From Asterias rubens (taxonomy: Eukaryota), in the NCBI RefSeq assembly GCF_902459465.1, contig NC_047062.1, positions 15,252,001 through 15,316,000 on the forward strand: a DNA stretch of 64,000 nucleotides. Reading direction: 5' to 3'. The notes beneath the pieces were generated by a model. The model was not told the DNA's origin. It ran no database searches and saw nothing but the letters and a program-made list of their open reading frames with translations. Positions within the stretch are counted from its first letter, which is position 1. The number at the start of each line of letters is the position of its first letter. Positions 25,201 to 38,115 of this stretch are shown piece by piece. Both the position numbers and the translations under genes were made by a program.

Positions 25201-28200
25201 AGGTGAGCCGTTATTGAACATTTCTGGCAACGAAACCAAAGACACTTCACTATCAACCTTAACATCTTAAACAGTATAGAAATATTGACAGCTTTGAGGG
25301 GCACAGTTAAAATTATAGGCCCAAGGTGATGTCAAAACCAAGACTATGCCCGAAGTGAAGTTGAGGGCATAGTCATGATTTTGACATCACCGAGGGCCTA
25401 TAATTTTAATTGTGCCCCGAATATTAAGCAGTCAATATTTCTTTGATGTACCAAATATTATCTCAGTTTGACCTAAACACGAAAAAACCTGACCACAGGG
25501 AAAGGTTGTATGTGAAGAATGGTCACAGTTCTCCCCGCCGTGATACGGATTACAAGCGTATACAATGGACGCGTACATACACGAGCGACCTTTTAAAGGT
25601 GGGCACTGCTGTGCCCTGGGCACTGTTAATTATGACGTCATCTTGGTAGAAAAGAGGGGCCAGCTGTTTCATTGACTCAATGTTTAACCAATCACATTAG
25701 AGGAATCTATAAATGAGGTATATAATAAATAATAGTGGCTTCCTATGTCCTTCAACATTCAGTATTTTTCTGCAAGGTATGTGGGACTTCGTTTGAATTA
25801 TGAGACCTACATCGTTTACATTCTGTAAAGTGTCCTCTCTATAGGATTTCTAAATTATTTAGGAAATACACTGCTTTTAAAAGCTGCATTGTGTTCCTTT
25901 GAAGGTGTGACGGACGAGATCTAAAGCAGCTGAGAGATATTAGATGTGAAGTCAATCTATTCAAACCTCTTCATGGGTCAGCGCTGTTTCAAAGAGGTCA
26001 AACGCAAGTAAGGATCAATGAGAATAAACTGAGCCTGCCAAATAAGGGAGTCAATTGCAAGGAGAACCCACCGAATTATGCCAAATCGTTTTAAAGGGTA
26101 CCCTATGACGAAATTGTACATTTCTACTGTAGAACTTCAAGGGCACCAAGTCAATGACTAGCGGGGCATGGAGGCAATTGCATTCGTTGCCTCCTTAAAG
26201 TATCAGGTCTGTAGGGTTGATGATTGTGTTGCAATATTTTGGTGATTGAAAAGTTCTGATTTGACTGTGTAGTACTCGCACATACATGTATTGAAACACT
26301 TGGGACCACCTTGGTCCCACATAAGAAAACAAACTAGCACATTTTATTGAGTCCCAATGTTCAAATTATGTGCGAGACTTGCACAGTCTGTTGGCTCATT
26401 TCTAAACAATGTAAAAATTAACACTTTTTGTACGGGACTAAACAGGCTGGTGCCAAAACGGTAGCCAAAACCGAAACCATCGTTTTCAAAAACTAGGCAT
26501 GGAGTATAACCAACTGCAAAATATTGTAGCAGTGGGCATATGCATGAAGAAATTTTTTGAAATTGTTGGGCTTGACAAATGTTTTTCAGAAAAATGACTG
26601 CTAAAAAGGGGGAAATTGGTTTGTACACTATGTGTCAGTTTGTGGTGTCAGTGTCAAATGTTATTTGTCCAGTTTCTTATTGCAGTTCAAGCTTTATTAT
26701 AAATAGTTTGTTTTTTAAAATGATTTCTGCATTTTAATGTCCTTTTTATTCCTAGTGTCTTTGTACAGTGACGTTTGACTCTATTGAATCCGCTCTTAGA
26801 ACGGATCCAATCATGGAGATGGCAGGGTACGTAAATTGGGAACTAATTTTCTTTAAAAGAGAGCTCTGGAGCGAAGCAAATACAGAAGAACGTTTTATTA
26901 AATTTTGACTGGATTTTTTTTATGTTGCCTACTTCGGAAAAGAACATCCATTGCCATTCTCAAAGGAAACAACCTGATCAACCTGAAAATCGTTTTGGTG
27001 AAAATAGCGAAACTGTCTTTTGTTTTGTTTACCTGAGTCAAATTTCCCCCCGATAATTATTGGATTGTAAAAAATTTTTTTTTTGACAGCGGAGTGAAAG
27101 ACAAGAATTTCATGTTACATTACGAGGTGAGTTTGTTTTCAAGTGTATCGTTTAAGTGTAATAAATTTGACTTGTAAAACCAGGTGAGACAAATTGATGT
27201 TGGTGCTACTTGTGCTACTGGATGTGTAACAAATAAATTTATACATGTGATTGGTGACATAACGATTGTTCTTCAAATAGAGAAAGGTCCATGAAATTTC
27301 AGATGTAACAAATAATATTTATGAATTAAAGCTCTTTGACCGTTGTTTATGATATTTTTTGTAATTTTAATTGCCAGTTTCCGCCGTATGCAACCAATGA
27401 GACTGGAAGATTAATGGCTGGAAGGAGGGAACTTGGGCATGGTAAGGAGTGAGTTTTTACCCCTAGGAAAACCAATGGGATATAAGGAGGAAATATTCAA
27501 ATGGTACCAATAGATAGTGCCCATCACTAGACCTTTATGCGATAGAGTTGGGACACACTTCATCAGTTGTAACCAAGTAACCGCAAAAAAAAAAGACTTT
27601 GAAAACCATATCTAAACTGACCTAATGGTTTAACGAAGTGGTCAGTAAAAAAAAAAAAAAAAAAGTGAAGTGTTATCATAGAGCGGCTTAAGCAACAAAT
27701 ATTGCTCAACAATTTTCTGCTTAGCAGAAATGAACAGGATATCAGTCACAAAATGTTCATGTTACATGATAGTTTGGCTGGTAACCTTAGTCTGCTGGTA
27801 AGCATAATTTTGTTGTGCTTTTAGCTCCTTTTTGTGCTTAAGCAGCTCTATGAAATTGGGCACATATGCTATCCAGGGAGAATGATTGACATCTCTTTTG
27901 TTTTCATTTTGTAGCTGTTGCCATGGCCGCCATTTTGGACACTAGCTTTCGACCTTTAAAGAGTTTGTTTGTCTTTAATAACAATTTCCTATATATGTGA
28001 AATTAATATGTAATGAATAGGGTAGATGGCCTTAGCTTTCGATCCAATCCGGACCTTCTTCAGAGGCATAAGACAAGTACAAACAAATACATATCCATTT
28101 ATAGAAAAAGAGAGGGGGAAAGGGATTAAGGAAAGGATCCAGAAAGAAGCGGGAAAATAACAGCCAATCAAAGTTCCTATTTCAGAAACAATATTGGGGG

Positions 28201-31200
28201 CTATGAACCAATAGGAGTGAAGTGGCGAGGACAAAGGATGTTTAGAATGAAAGGAAGGGTTACTGGACCATAAAAGTGGTAAATGTATTGTTCGACAACA
28301 ATGGAGGGAGACATGAAAGGGTAGGATTAGAGAGCAAGTTGCATCATGATGCAACTAACAATGGTCAATTAATAAGAATAGCAAGATCAAAGGTATGATG
28401 AAATTAATATGTGATATTAATTATGTGAAATGAATGAAAAGTTTTGCACATTTTCCAGGTAACCTAGCAGAGAAGTCTCTGAAACCGGTGATACCCAGTG
28501 ACTTTCCATTCACAATACGGCTCACCAGTGAAGTTTTGGAATCAAATGGTAAGATGATCCTCAGTACAAATCACAAGACTGCTTTTGAATATCTTGTAAG
28601 AGTGTGCGCAGATTAAATAAAATTGCTTTTTTTATTTCCTTAAATGAGTTTTAGTGATAGAGAGATGTGAGATTGTGCATGGTGGAAGAGTGTTGGGGAT
28701 TTTGGTTTGCAGTACACTGCATGTGATTCATTAGATGTGTCTCTGAGGCCATATCTGAGTAGGACTCTGCCAAAAATGCTTTTAAAAAATAGAAGCTCAG
28801 AACTTGTATCTCGGAGAACATGTCAAATTTTGCCAGAGTCATGGCAATTGACTGTCATGGTCATTTTGGTCTCGGTCATGGCAATTGTGGCCTTGAGCAA
28901 CATACTTAACCTTGTTTTGTCCTTCGCAAGTTCTGTATATTTTGCAATGAAATGTAAGAGAACCTAGTACACTTGTTAAGAGATTTGCCCCTGTGTTTCT
29001 GGCATGGTTTGCAGTAGATTGCGCCATATCACCATTACAAGGTGCTGTTTTGATTAAATAGGTTTTAAGCATAGCTCTTCATCGGATGTGAAAAAAGCGC
29101 TGTATACAAACTATGTACTATTGTCATAATTATTAAAAATACCAGTTTCTCATTTGCAAAGACTATTTTAATTATTTATTTTGCTTTGTTTTGCAGGGTC
29201 TTCATCTATGGCCTCAGCATGTGGAGGCAGTTTAGCTCTAATGGATGCAGGTAACAAATTATTCTCCTTTCTGTTTTCCTTCATTTGTATTTTCCACTAA
29301 AACTGTTGATTATTTGGAGAAACCATTATTTGCAAATCAATGATAATCGTGTTTTTTTCTCTGAAGGGGTACCAATTAGCAATGCAGTAGCTGGAGTAGC
29401 CATTGGTTTAATGACTGCAACTGAACCTGGTGATTCACATAACATCACTGACTACAGGTTACTGACAGACCTGCTGGTAAGTTCATATTTTGGGACGAGG
29501 AGCTTCTGTCTTTTATCTAAATTACCTTGTATTTGCCGCCTTTTCTGAGGTCAATCTATGGAAACGTGCACGTATGTATGGGCCATTCTCAACTCTAAGC
29601 CAATGATAGGTCTTCATAGACCTTAGTGAGGGCACTATTTCAAGCATGCAACGTCATATGCAACTAATCTATTTTGACATTTTTATAGCATAATTTTGTT
29701 GTGCTGAGCTACATTTTGTGCTTAAAGACACTGGACACTATTGGTAATTGTCAAAGACCAGTCTTCTCACTTGGTGTATCTCAACACATGCATAAAATAA
29801 CAAGCCTGTAAAAATTTGAGCTCGATTGGTCGTTGGAGTTGCGAGATAACTATGAAAGAAAAAACACCCTTGTCACACGAAGTTGTGTGCTTTCAGATGC
29901 TTGACATTGAGACCTCAAATTCTAAACTTGAGGTCTCAAAATCAAATTTGTGTAAAACTACTTCTTTCTCGAAAACTACGTCACTTCAGAGGGAGCCGTT
30001 TCTAACAATGTTTTATACTATCAACCTATCCCCATTTCTCGTTTCCAAGTGATGTTTTATGCTAATAATTATTTTGAGTAATAACCAATAGTGTCCACTG
30101 CCTTTAAGTACGTCTATGAAAACGTGCTCAGGAGTACAAGTGCTGAAATCACATGATTTGATTTTGATTTGATAGGGTATCGAGGACTACATGGGTGACA
30201 TGGACTTCAAGATGTCAGGTACTAAGAAAGGAATTACAGCACTACAGGTAAATGTCCATTGTCTCCCATCATTATAAATAATAGTGCCTTCTTATATAGC
30301 GCCCAAATCCATCAATTAGTGATGCTCATGGTGCTCCAACATTACAACCCCTGGGGTGGACAGGAGTTCACAAAGATTTAAAGCCATTGGACATTTTCTG
30401 AACAGAATTTGTTTTTCAAGTTCACAGATTTACAAATAACTTACAGGGTTTACAGAAGGTAATGGTGAAAGACTTCTCTTGAAATATTATTCCATGAAAT
30501 GCTTTACTTTTTGAGAAAACATTAAAACAATATCAATTCTCGATATACAAGAATTACGGATTTATGGCGAAACATGCGGAAACAAGGGTGGGTTTTCCTG
30601 TTATTTTCTCCCGACTCCGATGACCGATTGAGCCTAAATTTTCACAGGTTTGTTATTTTATTTTTGGGGTTGAACAAAGAATTGACTAGAGTGGGATTCG
30701 AACCAACGACCTCCGCATTAACGTGCCGGCGCTCTACCAACTGAGCTTTCTAGCCCTATATTGGCGGTGTCCCTATTTTGTCAATATCTTTGTTCGGGGG
30801 TGCCAGTCAGAAGCCATACAACCGTTAACTGCCGTGTAGCCAGGGATCACACCCAAATTACGATACAACCTGGGAAGCGGCAGCTAGGGGATCACCTTAA
30901 GGGGATGCGACTTTTTGTTTCAGATATCAATATAAACCACAAGGGAAACTGACTGGGTAAATTTGTAAATGATTTTTGGGGTTGAACAAAGAATTGACTA
31001 GAGTGGGATTCGAACCAACGACCTCCGGATTAACGTTATGTTATTTTATATAGAAGTTGTGATACACAAAGTGTGGGCCTTGGACAATACTGTTTACCGA
31101 AAGTGTCCAATGGCTTTAAGACTAGTCTTATCTTGAGTTAACCTCAGACTAGCCTTAAGTTTTTAATATCTCCCAGGACTAGTCCTAACCTAAGTTCTTT

Positions 31201-34200
31201 GTGAAATTGACCCCTGTTCACTGGGTCATTTACTTCATCCCTTAAACCTGTGCTGCCAAGTATGTAGCACACTAAGCTAAATCAATTACAATAACCATCT
31301 GTGCCACCACAGCTACCCATTTACCCCTGTATGAAGAGAAGCAATTGTAGTTAAGGACACAAGTGTCATGACTGGAATTCAAACCAGGCCGATAATGAAT
31401 AAGAATATTTTTTCTTTCTTTATCATGTCTTTTTCTAAACAGACTGATCTGAAGTTGCCAGTTTCAATGAAGATTATACATGAAGCTATTCAGCACGCAA
31501 CGGCAGGCAAGAGTGAGATTTTGAACATTATGGCAACTGCCTTGGCCAAACCACGAGATGGACACAAGGATAATAGCCCAGTCACAGGTAAATAGATAAG
31601 TTCTATAGATTATCTTTATGCTACGGCCATGTTAATTGAATACTTTGTGTATTGGTAATATCAGGTTATAAAAGCACATTTATCAATGCTGGAAAGTAAA
31701 CAATTAATTTTAAACTAATTTTAAGAGTGGGGCTCCAGTGGGGAACCATATTATACCGTCTTTGTGGTTGCCTGCTAAATTTCCGCAGAGCAGAAAATTG
31801 TTAAGCAAAACCCTCTCAGAATCAGCTGTATGAAATTGAGTTTCCACAGAATCCCAAATCACTGAAAGAAGTGTACAGTTCAACTTCTGCAAATGCAAGA
31901 GTTTAAGTTGAGGAGGGGGTGCTTTCTACTGGATAATAGGTATCTGATGGACGGTACCCAAGACTACATCCGTATATGGACTGTAAAGGGGGTAACCCTG
32001 TTTCAGCCCCAGGAGTAGGTGGTAACTGCCCCTCTGAAACAAATAGTTGATTGTAGCCCAAGTGGCCTTCAGGCCTTATACAAAAAATTATAAATAAAAC
32101 TAACTTGGTAAATGGAAGTCTACAACGGAAATCATGAAACTGACTTGTTAGGTTCTATATTTCATTGGTACACACAGAAAACCTTGAAGTACCCATCCCG
32201 AGAAGGTCAAAGTTTGTTGGACCAGGGGGATACAACCTGAAGAAAATACGGGCAGAAACAGGTAAGAAAACAAGCATGGTTCATTTTCATAACAAAGTTG
32301 TGTGGTTACTCACTGTTAAACATACATGGCCACCTTCACGTAACAAGAAAAAAAATGGGGTACCTAACCTACACTGAGAATTTTATTTCTGGTAATCGGA
32401 TCGTTTCAGACTAAAATATTTCTGTACATTGCTCTGTGATTTTCACTTTTTCTTCTAAAAGCTGAAACTTCTACAGGTAAATTTATTATTTTATTTATTA
32501 TGTAAGGATTCATGTCATGGCCAAAAACTTGATCTACAAAATGCACCAAAACCGTGTAACATAGTTTTTTTTTATCCTTTGTTATTTATACCAGGGGTAA
32601 CAATCTCCCAGTTGGATGAGAATCATTTCTCCATCTTTGCACCAACGCCAAACGCCATGGAAGAGGCCAAAGAAATCATTGAAGAGTTGTTGGAAGAGGA
32701 CGTAAGATTCTGTATTAATCTACATTATACAAATGACTTGTTTTTCTGGCATGATGATGATCAGCAGCGTGATCCTCACGTATAAGAGTTTGGGATGCTA
32801 GGAATTCAGAGAAAAACTCGGTGTACTTGTAAATCTTGACAATGGTTAAGCACATGGCCAAATTTCATTCAGCTGCTTAAGCACTGCATACAAAATGACT
32901 AAGCACAACAAACGATGCTCATCAGAATAAAGTTACAAAAAGTTATCCATTCACTTCTGATCAAGACAAGAAGAAACGGAAAACTCATTTGCTTTGGTAG
33001 CTTCTACTGTTTTTCTTTTGTGTGTAGGCACCTTGATTGGGTTTCCCAGATAAGTGCGTCACATAAATCTATATTATTATTATTATTAAGGAAATGCAAG
33101 TTTAGTATCGAGCTCAATTTCACAAGTGACTTGAGATATAATAGAAGGAATGTTGCATCGAGGATAAAGAATATTAATTTTGGTTTTACCCATATACACC
33201 GATGTGTGTTAGCACTGTATACTCAGTACTTTCGCGAGCTCTGTGAAAAAAATTACAGGCTTATTACTCACGACCTTTGCATTCTAAAGCAGTGTCTTAC
33301 CAACTAGACACTTACTTGAGATAAATGAACATTTACTTAGGACTGACATTGTTATTTCTTTTCCAACAGAGGGAGCCAGACCTTGCATTTGGAGCTATAT
33401 ATGTGGCAACAATCATGGAAGTTAGGTAAGAATAGTTGACCTGTTTCAGTCTGGATTGCAACAGCATTCCAACACTATGCTGAAAGGAAGGGTTTAATGT
33501 GCATGAGATAATTTATGACAAAGCGTGGATCGGATAAGGGAACAGCTGTAAGAAATCCAACCTAGTTTTAAAAACTGGCATGATGTTCTTCCTACTTAAG
33601 TCTGTTCTCTGATTTGTTTGCCCTTGGAAAAATATAAAGTTTTATTAATAAGGCCCGAAAAGTCTTTTACAGCCTACATATGTGTACATGCAGGACGGCC
33701 CTTGTACTTGATGAAATTGTCCTACTTTTATTTCCAAGGACCGAAGATCATGCCTGTAAAAAGGTGGAATATTCATCCAATGAACAACAAATTTGCTAAG
33801 ATCAGTGGAGATTTCATGACGTATTCAAAATGATTTGTCATCCATTTGTTTGGATCACTGTTGACTTCTTAAAATTGTTCTTTTATGCAGAGAGGCTGGT
33901 GTGATGGTCAAACTGTATCCCACAATGCAACCTACACTGCTGCATAACTCACAACTCGACCAACGGAAGGTAAGTTGAATATTTTTAGTATTAACAGAAG
34001 TGTTCAATCTTCATTTGACTTAACTTTTAATAAAGTAATGAATAGAATTAGGGCTTTTTGTTTTTGCTTTAGTTTCCCTGGTTAACAGAAGTGGACTCAA
34101 AGTTCTTTTACCCAACTTGCATAAACTTTGGCTGGAGTTCCATCAAAACGACAAACTAATTACAGTAATGTGTACATAGACAACAATCAGATTGTAAAAC

Positions 34201-34389
34201 CCAGGTCTAAATTTGTTTCTCCTTTAGGTCAACCACCCAAGTGCGTTGGGCTTTGAAGTCGGCCAGGAGATCTCCGTCAAATATTTTGGTCGAGACCCCG
34301 TCAGTGGCAAGATGAGGTTATCAAGGAAGGCTCTAATGGCCCCTGCCTCGGCTCTCATCAAGAATCTTACTGGCAATAAAACTACATGA
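19203..34389 (+). CDS. PNPT1: Polyribonucleotide nucleotidyltransferase 1, mitochondrial (PNPase), 774 aa, 25 exons
   Basis: Exons 19203-19381, 20139-20199, 20919-20993, 21465-21570, 21928-21977, 22121-22184, 23015-23176, 23511-23697, 24335-24386, 24875-24932, 25106-25202, 25905-26007, 26756-26826, 27090-27126, 27378-27441, 28459-28548, 29197-29250, 29367-29476, 30176-30247, 31443-31587, 32178-32261, 32595-32701, 33370-33425, 33891-33969, 34228-34389. All introns GT-AG, phases consistent, total 2325 nt. Motifs: [72 protein letters not shown] (catalytic Asp residues), KH GPGG, S1 domain. Basic N-terminus resembles a mitochondrial presequence. Confidence 0.97.
22243..22606. mobile_element. TTAA-flanked MITE family B
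   Basis: TIR AGCCATTGGACCCTTTCGGTA / TACCGAAAGGGTCCAATGGCT. Confidence 0.85.
27990..28370 (-). mobile_element. Penelope-like element relic (3' end / pseudo-LTR)
   Basis: On the minus strand a pyrimidine-rich tract ends in the hammerhead motif at 28026-28070, an arrangement typical of Penelope-like element termini. No RT sequence recognised. Confidence 0.5.
28026..28070 (-). ncRNA. Minimal type I hammerhead ribozyme motif (Penelope-associated type)
   Basis: Minus strand reads GCCT-CTGAAGA-A-GGTCC-GGATT-GGATC-GAAA-GC-TA-AGGC: stem I GCCT/AGGC, intact CUGANGA and GAAA core, 5-bp stem II, palindromic AGCT stem III, NUH triplet CUA. Confidence 0.65.
29726..30103. mobile_element. TTAA-flanked MITE family A (reverse orientation)
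   Basis: TIRs, TTAA flanks and shared body. Confidence 0.85.
30382..31115. mobile_element. TTAA-flanked MITE family B carrying the nested tRNA-derived insert
   Basis: Colinear with 22243-22606 once 30661-31038 is removed. Confidence 0.85.
30661..31036 (-). mobile_element. tRNA-derived 312-bp-unit retro-insertion (1.2 units) nested in a MITE
   Basis: 64-bp direct repeats at 30661-30724 and 30973-31036. tRNA-like segment 30756-30683 has A box, GTT anticodon-like loop and GGTTCGAATCC B box. Host MITE sequence TGTTATTTTA(T) is duplicated at 30651-30661 and 31039-31049. Confidence 0.75.
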
Positions 34390-34398
34390 AGAGAACTG

Positions 34399-34559
34399 CA
34401 GGCCTGAACGAACGCGCTTGCCTCCATGCCCCCTGGTCATTGCCTTGGTGCCCTTGAAATGCTACAGTAGACTTTCACAATTTCCTCATAGGGTGCCTTT
34501 TACCAAGGAGAAAATGCCTTGATGCTCTTGCCCTTTCAAAAACGAAGCATACAGGCCTA
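34399..34559. mobile_element. CAGGCCT-family MITE in the PNPT1 3' UTR
   Basis: Same body as 59939-60113 and 62702-62886 (opposite orientation). Flanks GAACTG/AAACTG. Confidence 0.75.
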
Positions 34560-34930
34560 AAACTGGGATATATCCCAGAGAAAGAGTAGAGAAAGAGAAT
34601 ATTTGTCATCTGCAGATTGTAGAAAGGAGGACAGTTCTTTTCAGAACTGAGAAGTCTCCCAAATTCTGAATATCTACTCTGCGGTAGTAGAATATAAAGC
34701 AAGACAGTTCTCTAAAAAATAAAATCTACCTGGCAAATAGATGCACACATGGTGTTACCACAAACCCAATGTTTTAGTTTTGTTAAATATGACAAACTTA
34801 TGGTACAAAAATGTGCATTTGAAAGAGAGGAATTTGGTGGGCATGCATTCAGTTGTTATGCAGCGTCATGAACCGAGACTCATCATGTACCGAGTGGCAA
34901 AGCAAATTTCTTGTTAATGGCCGCCAAATA

Positions 34931-35086
34931 CAGGCCTAGAATACACACAGGCCACGGCCTCTGTATGAGTCTTGGCCTTGGTGCCCTTCCAAAGTTCCCC
35001 ATTGACTATACGATTTTCGAATGGAAGTGCCCTTTGCAAAATGGTCTTGCCTTTTCAACATGTTCCTAAATGAAGTTTCAGGGCTG
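34931..35086. mobile_element. CAGGCCT-family MITE
   Basis: Flanked by CAAATA on both sides. GGCCTTGGTGCCC motif. Confidence 0.75.
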
Positions 35087-38000
35087 CAAATAGCTCCACT
35101 TTGATAAAGGGTCATCCTATGTTACAAACGATTGTATTCAATTAGGTCTGGAATGTATTCCATGGACCAGATTTTAGGACATGCTTATTTAGGCCCAATT
35201 CTGCGCTGAAGTCCCCATTCTGCGCTTACGTGCAAGCGACGAATTTCTGTGCTAGCTGTGTAAGCGAGGAAAGCCTAGTAACGTAGAGTGACACGTGCAC
35301 AAAGCAAAAGTTTTCACTGACTTACTCAGTCCATTTCATGTTATGAGCAAGGTGATTCTAAAAATCGTTCACAAATTTAACGCATCATCTGCCACTTTTG
35401 TTACACTGTTCTTTAATACTTCTCATTTGAAGTGCACGAGTTGTTATAACAGATAATAATACAAAACGAGCTGGTGCAATTATTCAGCATGGTACATACA
35501 TGTATGCGACTAGGGCTTGATTTCAAAATAATTTTCAATTTGTTTTACCTTTGAAAAATGGTATGGAATGTTGGAACACAATTCTTGTTAACTTCTTTAA
35601 AGGGAAGGTACACGTTTTGGTAATTACTCAAAACAAATATTAACTTAAAAACTGACTCGGTAACAAGTATTGGAGAGCTGTTGATAGTATAAAACATTGT
35701 GAGAAACGACTCCCTCTGAAGTAACGTAGTTTTTGAGTAAGAGGTAATTTCTCACTAAAATAATAAAAGACTTCCAGCTAGAAGTCTTTTATTTCTTCGT
35801 CCAACAAGGGTGTTTTTTCTTTCATCATTTTCTCACAACTTCGATGACTGATTGAGCCCAAATTTTACATGCCTGTTATTTTATGCTTATGATGGGATAC
35901 ACCAAGTGAGAACACTGGTCTTTGACAATTACTAAACGTGTTCAATGCCCTTTTTTTTAACTAAACATTTGCCCTTTATGACAACCTCTTAAAATGTGTT
36001 ATGGTTCAGTGGACCTTTGATTCTACAAAGCAATGAACTGCCCCCCCCCCCCCATTAAATAATCACCATTTTATAAATACTATGTATTATTAGTAATAAT
36101 ATACATGTAGACTTGTGGACAAGTCGTTAATGTTTCTCGCATTGATTGTCGAGTCGTGGTGGCTGCATAATACTTTCAGGTCTCCATGATTGAATACTGC
36201 TCTCAGGGAATCGCAGAGAGAGTTTGAATGCTATCACTTGTCCACAAGTCTAGTAATGACAATGCTAATAGACCACCAACAGGAACTAAAGTATATATCA
36301 CTACCACTGTACAATGTAATAAATCCATTAAAGACATTTCATATTTGCTTTGACAAAAAATAAAGCTATTTTTAATTATAAACCCAATGTATGAAGATGG
36401 CTCATTATTGAGTGTTTTAGTTTTCCGATAACGGTGGATGATATTGTACAATTAGGAACAGTTTCTAGAAGGGCGGTGTTTCTTCCATACCAAAGATGTA
36501 AGGCTACACCCCCCCCATTTTTTAAATATATATATATAATAATAACAACATGAAGAATTTGTTTTAAAACAATTAATGTTAGTAGTAAAGTCCTCGGTTT
36601 TCTCTTCCATAATAAAAAAAGTTAAAGAATCAAATGGCAAAGGATCGTAATTACCGGTATTTGTTCTTAGTTATCAACCATACAAAGCCACCAGTCTTTC
36701 AATGTTCATTACTCTCGTGCCATAAACACTTGTGACCTTGAGCGTACAAGTAACAGGGTGCTAAGTTATATACCAAATTAAATACAGTTAGGTTGACATC
36801 ATATATAGATGATACAACATAAAATATACATGTATACAAAAGACCACCAGCGTCCAAATTAGTCAAACACAAAGCGTGCATTGAGTCAATCTTGCATTTT
36901 GTACAGCTTCTACTACAAGTATATACAACTTGCGCCAATTTAAAATAACATGAGCCTTTCTCACTGAAAAAGCTATTCTTTACAGAGCGGCCAATATTTG
37001 CAGCTTGCAATCAGGAAGGTTTTGTTCAATAATCCGGGAGACATTTAGATTACATTCAATATACATGCATTGTAATAGGGAAAAAATTTCTCATAGATCT
37101 CTCGCACATGACATTACAAGACCCAAACAGCGCCCTCATTGAGGTCATTGAGGACATATCATTGGCTGAGAGTTGTGCGCAGCCACACGTTACTATTGTT
37201 TGACCTCGGCGATGGCGACCGAATGAAAGAGGTAGCTATACTTGATGTTATGTAGCACTTTGAGGTTGTAGGCATTCTCATTACGGAAAGCAGAAACTTT
37301 GCCAGGAAATGCAGAGTTAACAAACACGATCATTTTTATTATTCGTCATCATGTACATTAATAATAATAGTGGCTTCTTACACAGCGCGCGTATCTGTCA
37401 CACTCGGTGACACTCGAAGTGCTATTTTCATGCAAGGTACGTACATGTGTGACTACATTTGAATTATGAGACCTACTCCTTTAACATAGCACCATGTAAT
37501 GGTTTACAAGGTGCTGTAGCCCAATATGCTACCATTAAGGTGGATTACATACATTAATTCAGGCTATCATATCTACAGGCTACATTACTACATGTATATC
37601 AAATCTACGTTGCGTATATTTATAAAGATCTACGAGAGTGACCGTTAGAAAATGGTGTAAAAACAGGATGCGCTTAGATGACACCAATAGTCTGTGTGAA
37701 AAATGTCAACGTACTCGCACGGTGTTTTCTGCAACGTGCGTCAAACTGGTAGACTTACGTATGGATTTCCTTTGATAAATAACAGCAAAAATAGTTATCT
37801 TATGAACCTGTACTTTTTACAAATTTCAGGTATAGTGTAGAGATAATATTAGTAATGGTACAAAAAGAACCTGCTTATAATATGCTAAAACAGAAAAAAG
37901 TTTGTGGCGTCTAAAGTTGCGATACAAAGGAATTCCTAAGCAACGTATGCAAGTACGTCATTTTTACTTGGAACAAACAACTGTCCTGTGATGTCAAATA

Positions 38001-38115
38001 TGCACACACATACTGTACGCGCACCGTTTTTTAATGGTCCCTAATGTCTTAATGCTACAACTGCGCCTTCCCCGCCCCGTTGGATGTATCTCCGAGGCGC
38101 TGTGACCAAAGCTTA

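Noticed and set aside
27989-28354. 121-aa minus ORF
   Set aside because: Translation of the pyrimidine-rich Penelope-like terminal tract. Not protein-like.
30683-30756. Functional tRNA-Asn(GTT) gene
   Set aside because: Acceptor, anticodon and T stems have mismatches, position 33 is not U, and the sequence is part of a TSD-flanked insertion.
30810-30900. Twister or HDV-like ribozyme in the 312-bp unit
   Set aside because: There is a CTGCC/GGCAG stem and a TTAA, but I could not place the conserved twister loop 4 and GAGG residues or the HDV pseudoknot by eye.
32915-33307. 130-aa plus ORF in a PNPT1 intron
   Set aside because: It spans MITE and SINE fragments, and the PNPT1 model is complete without it.
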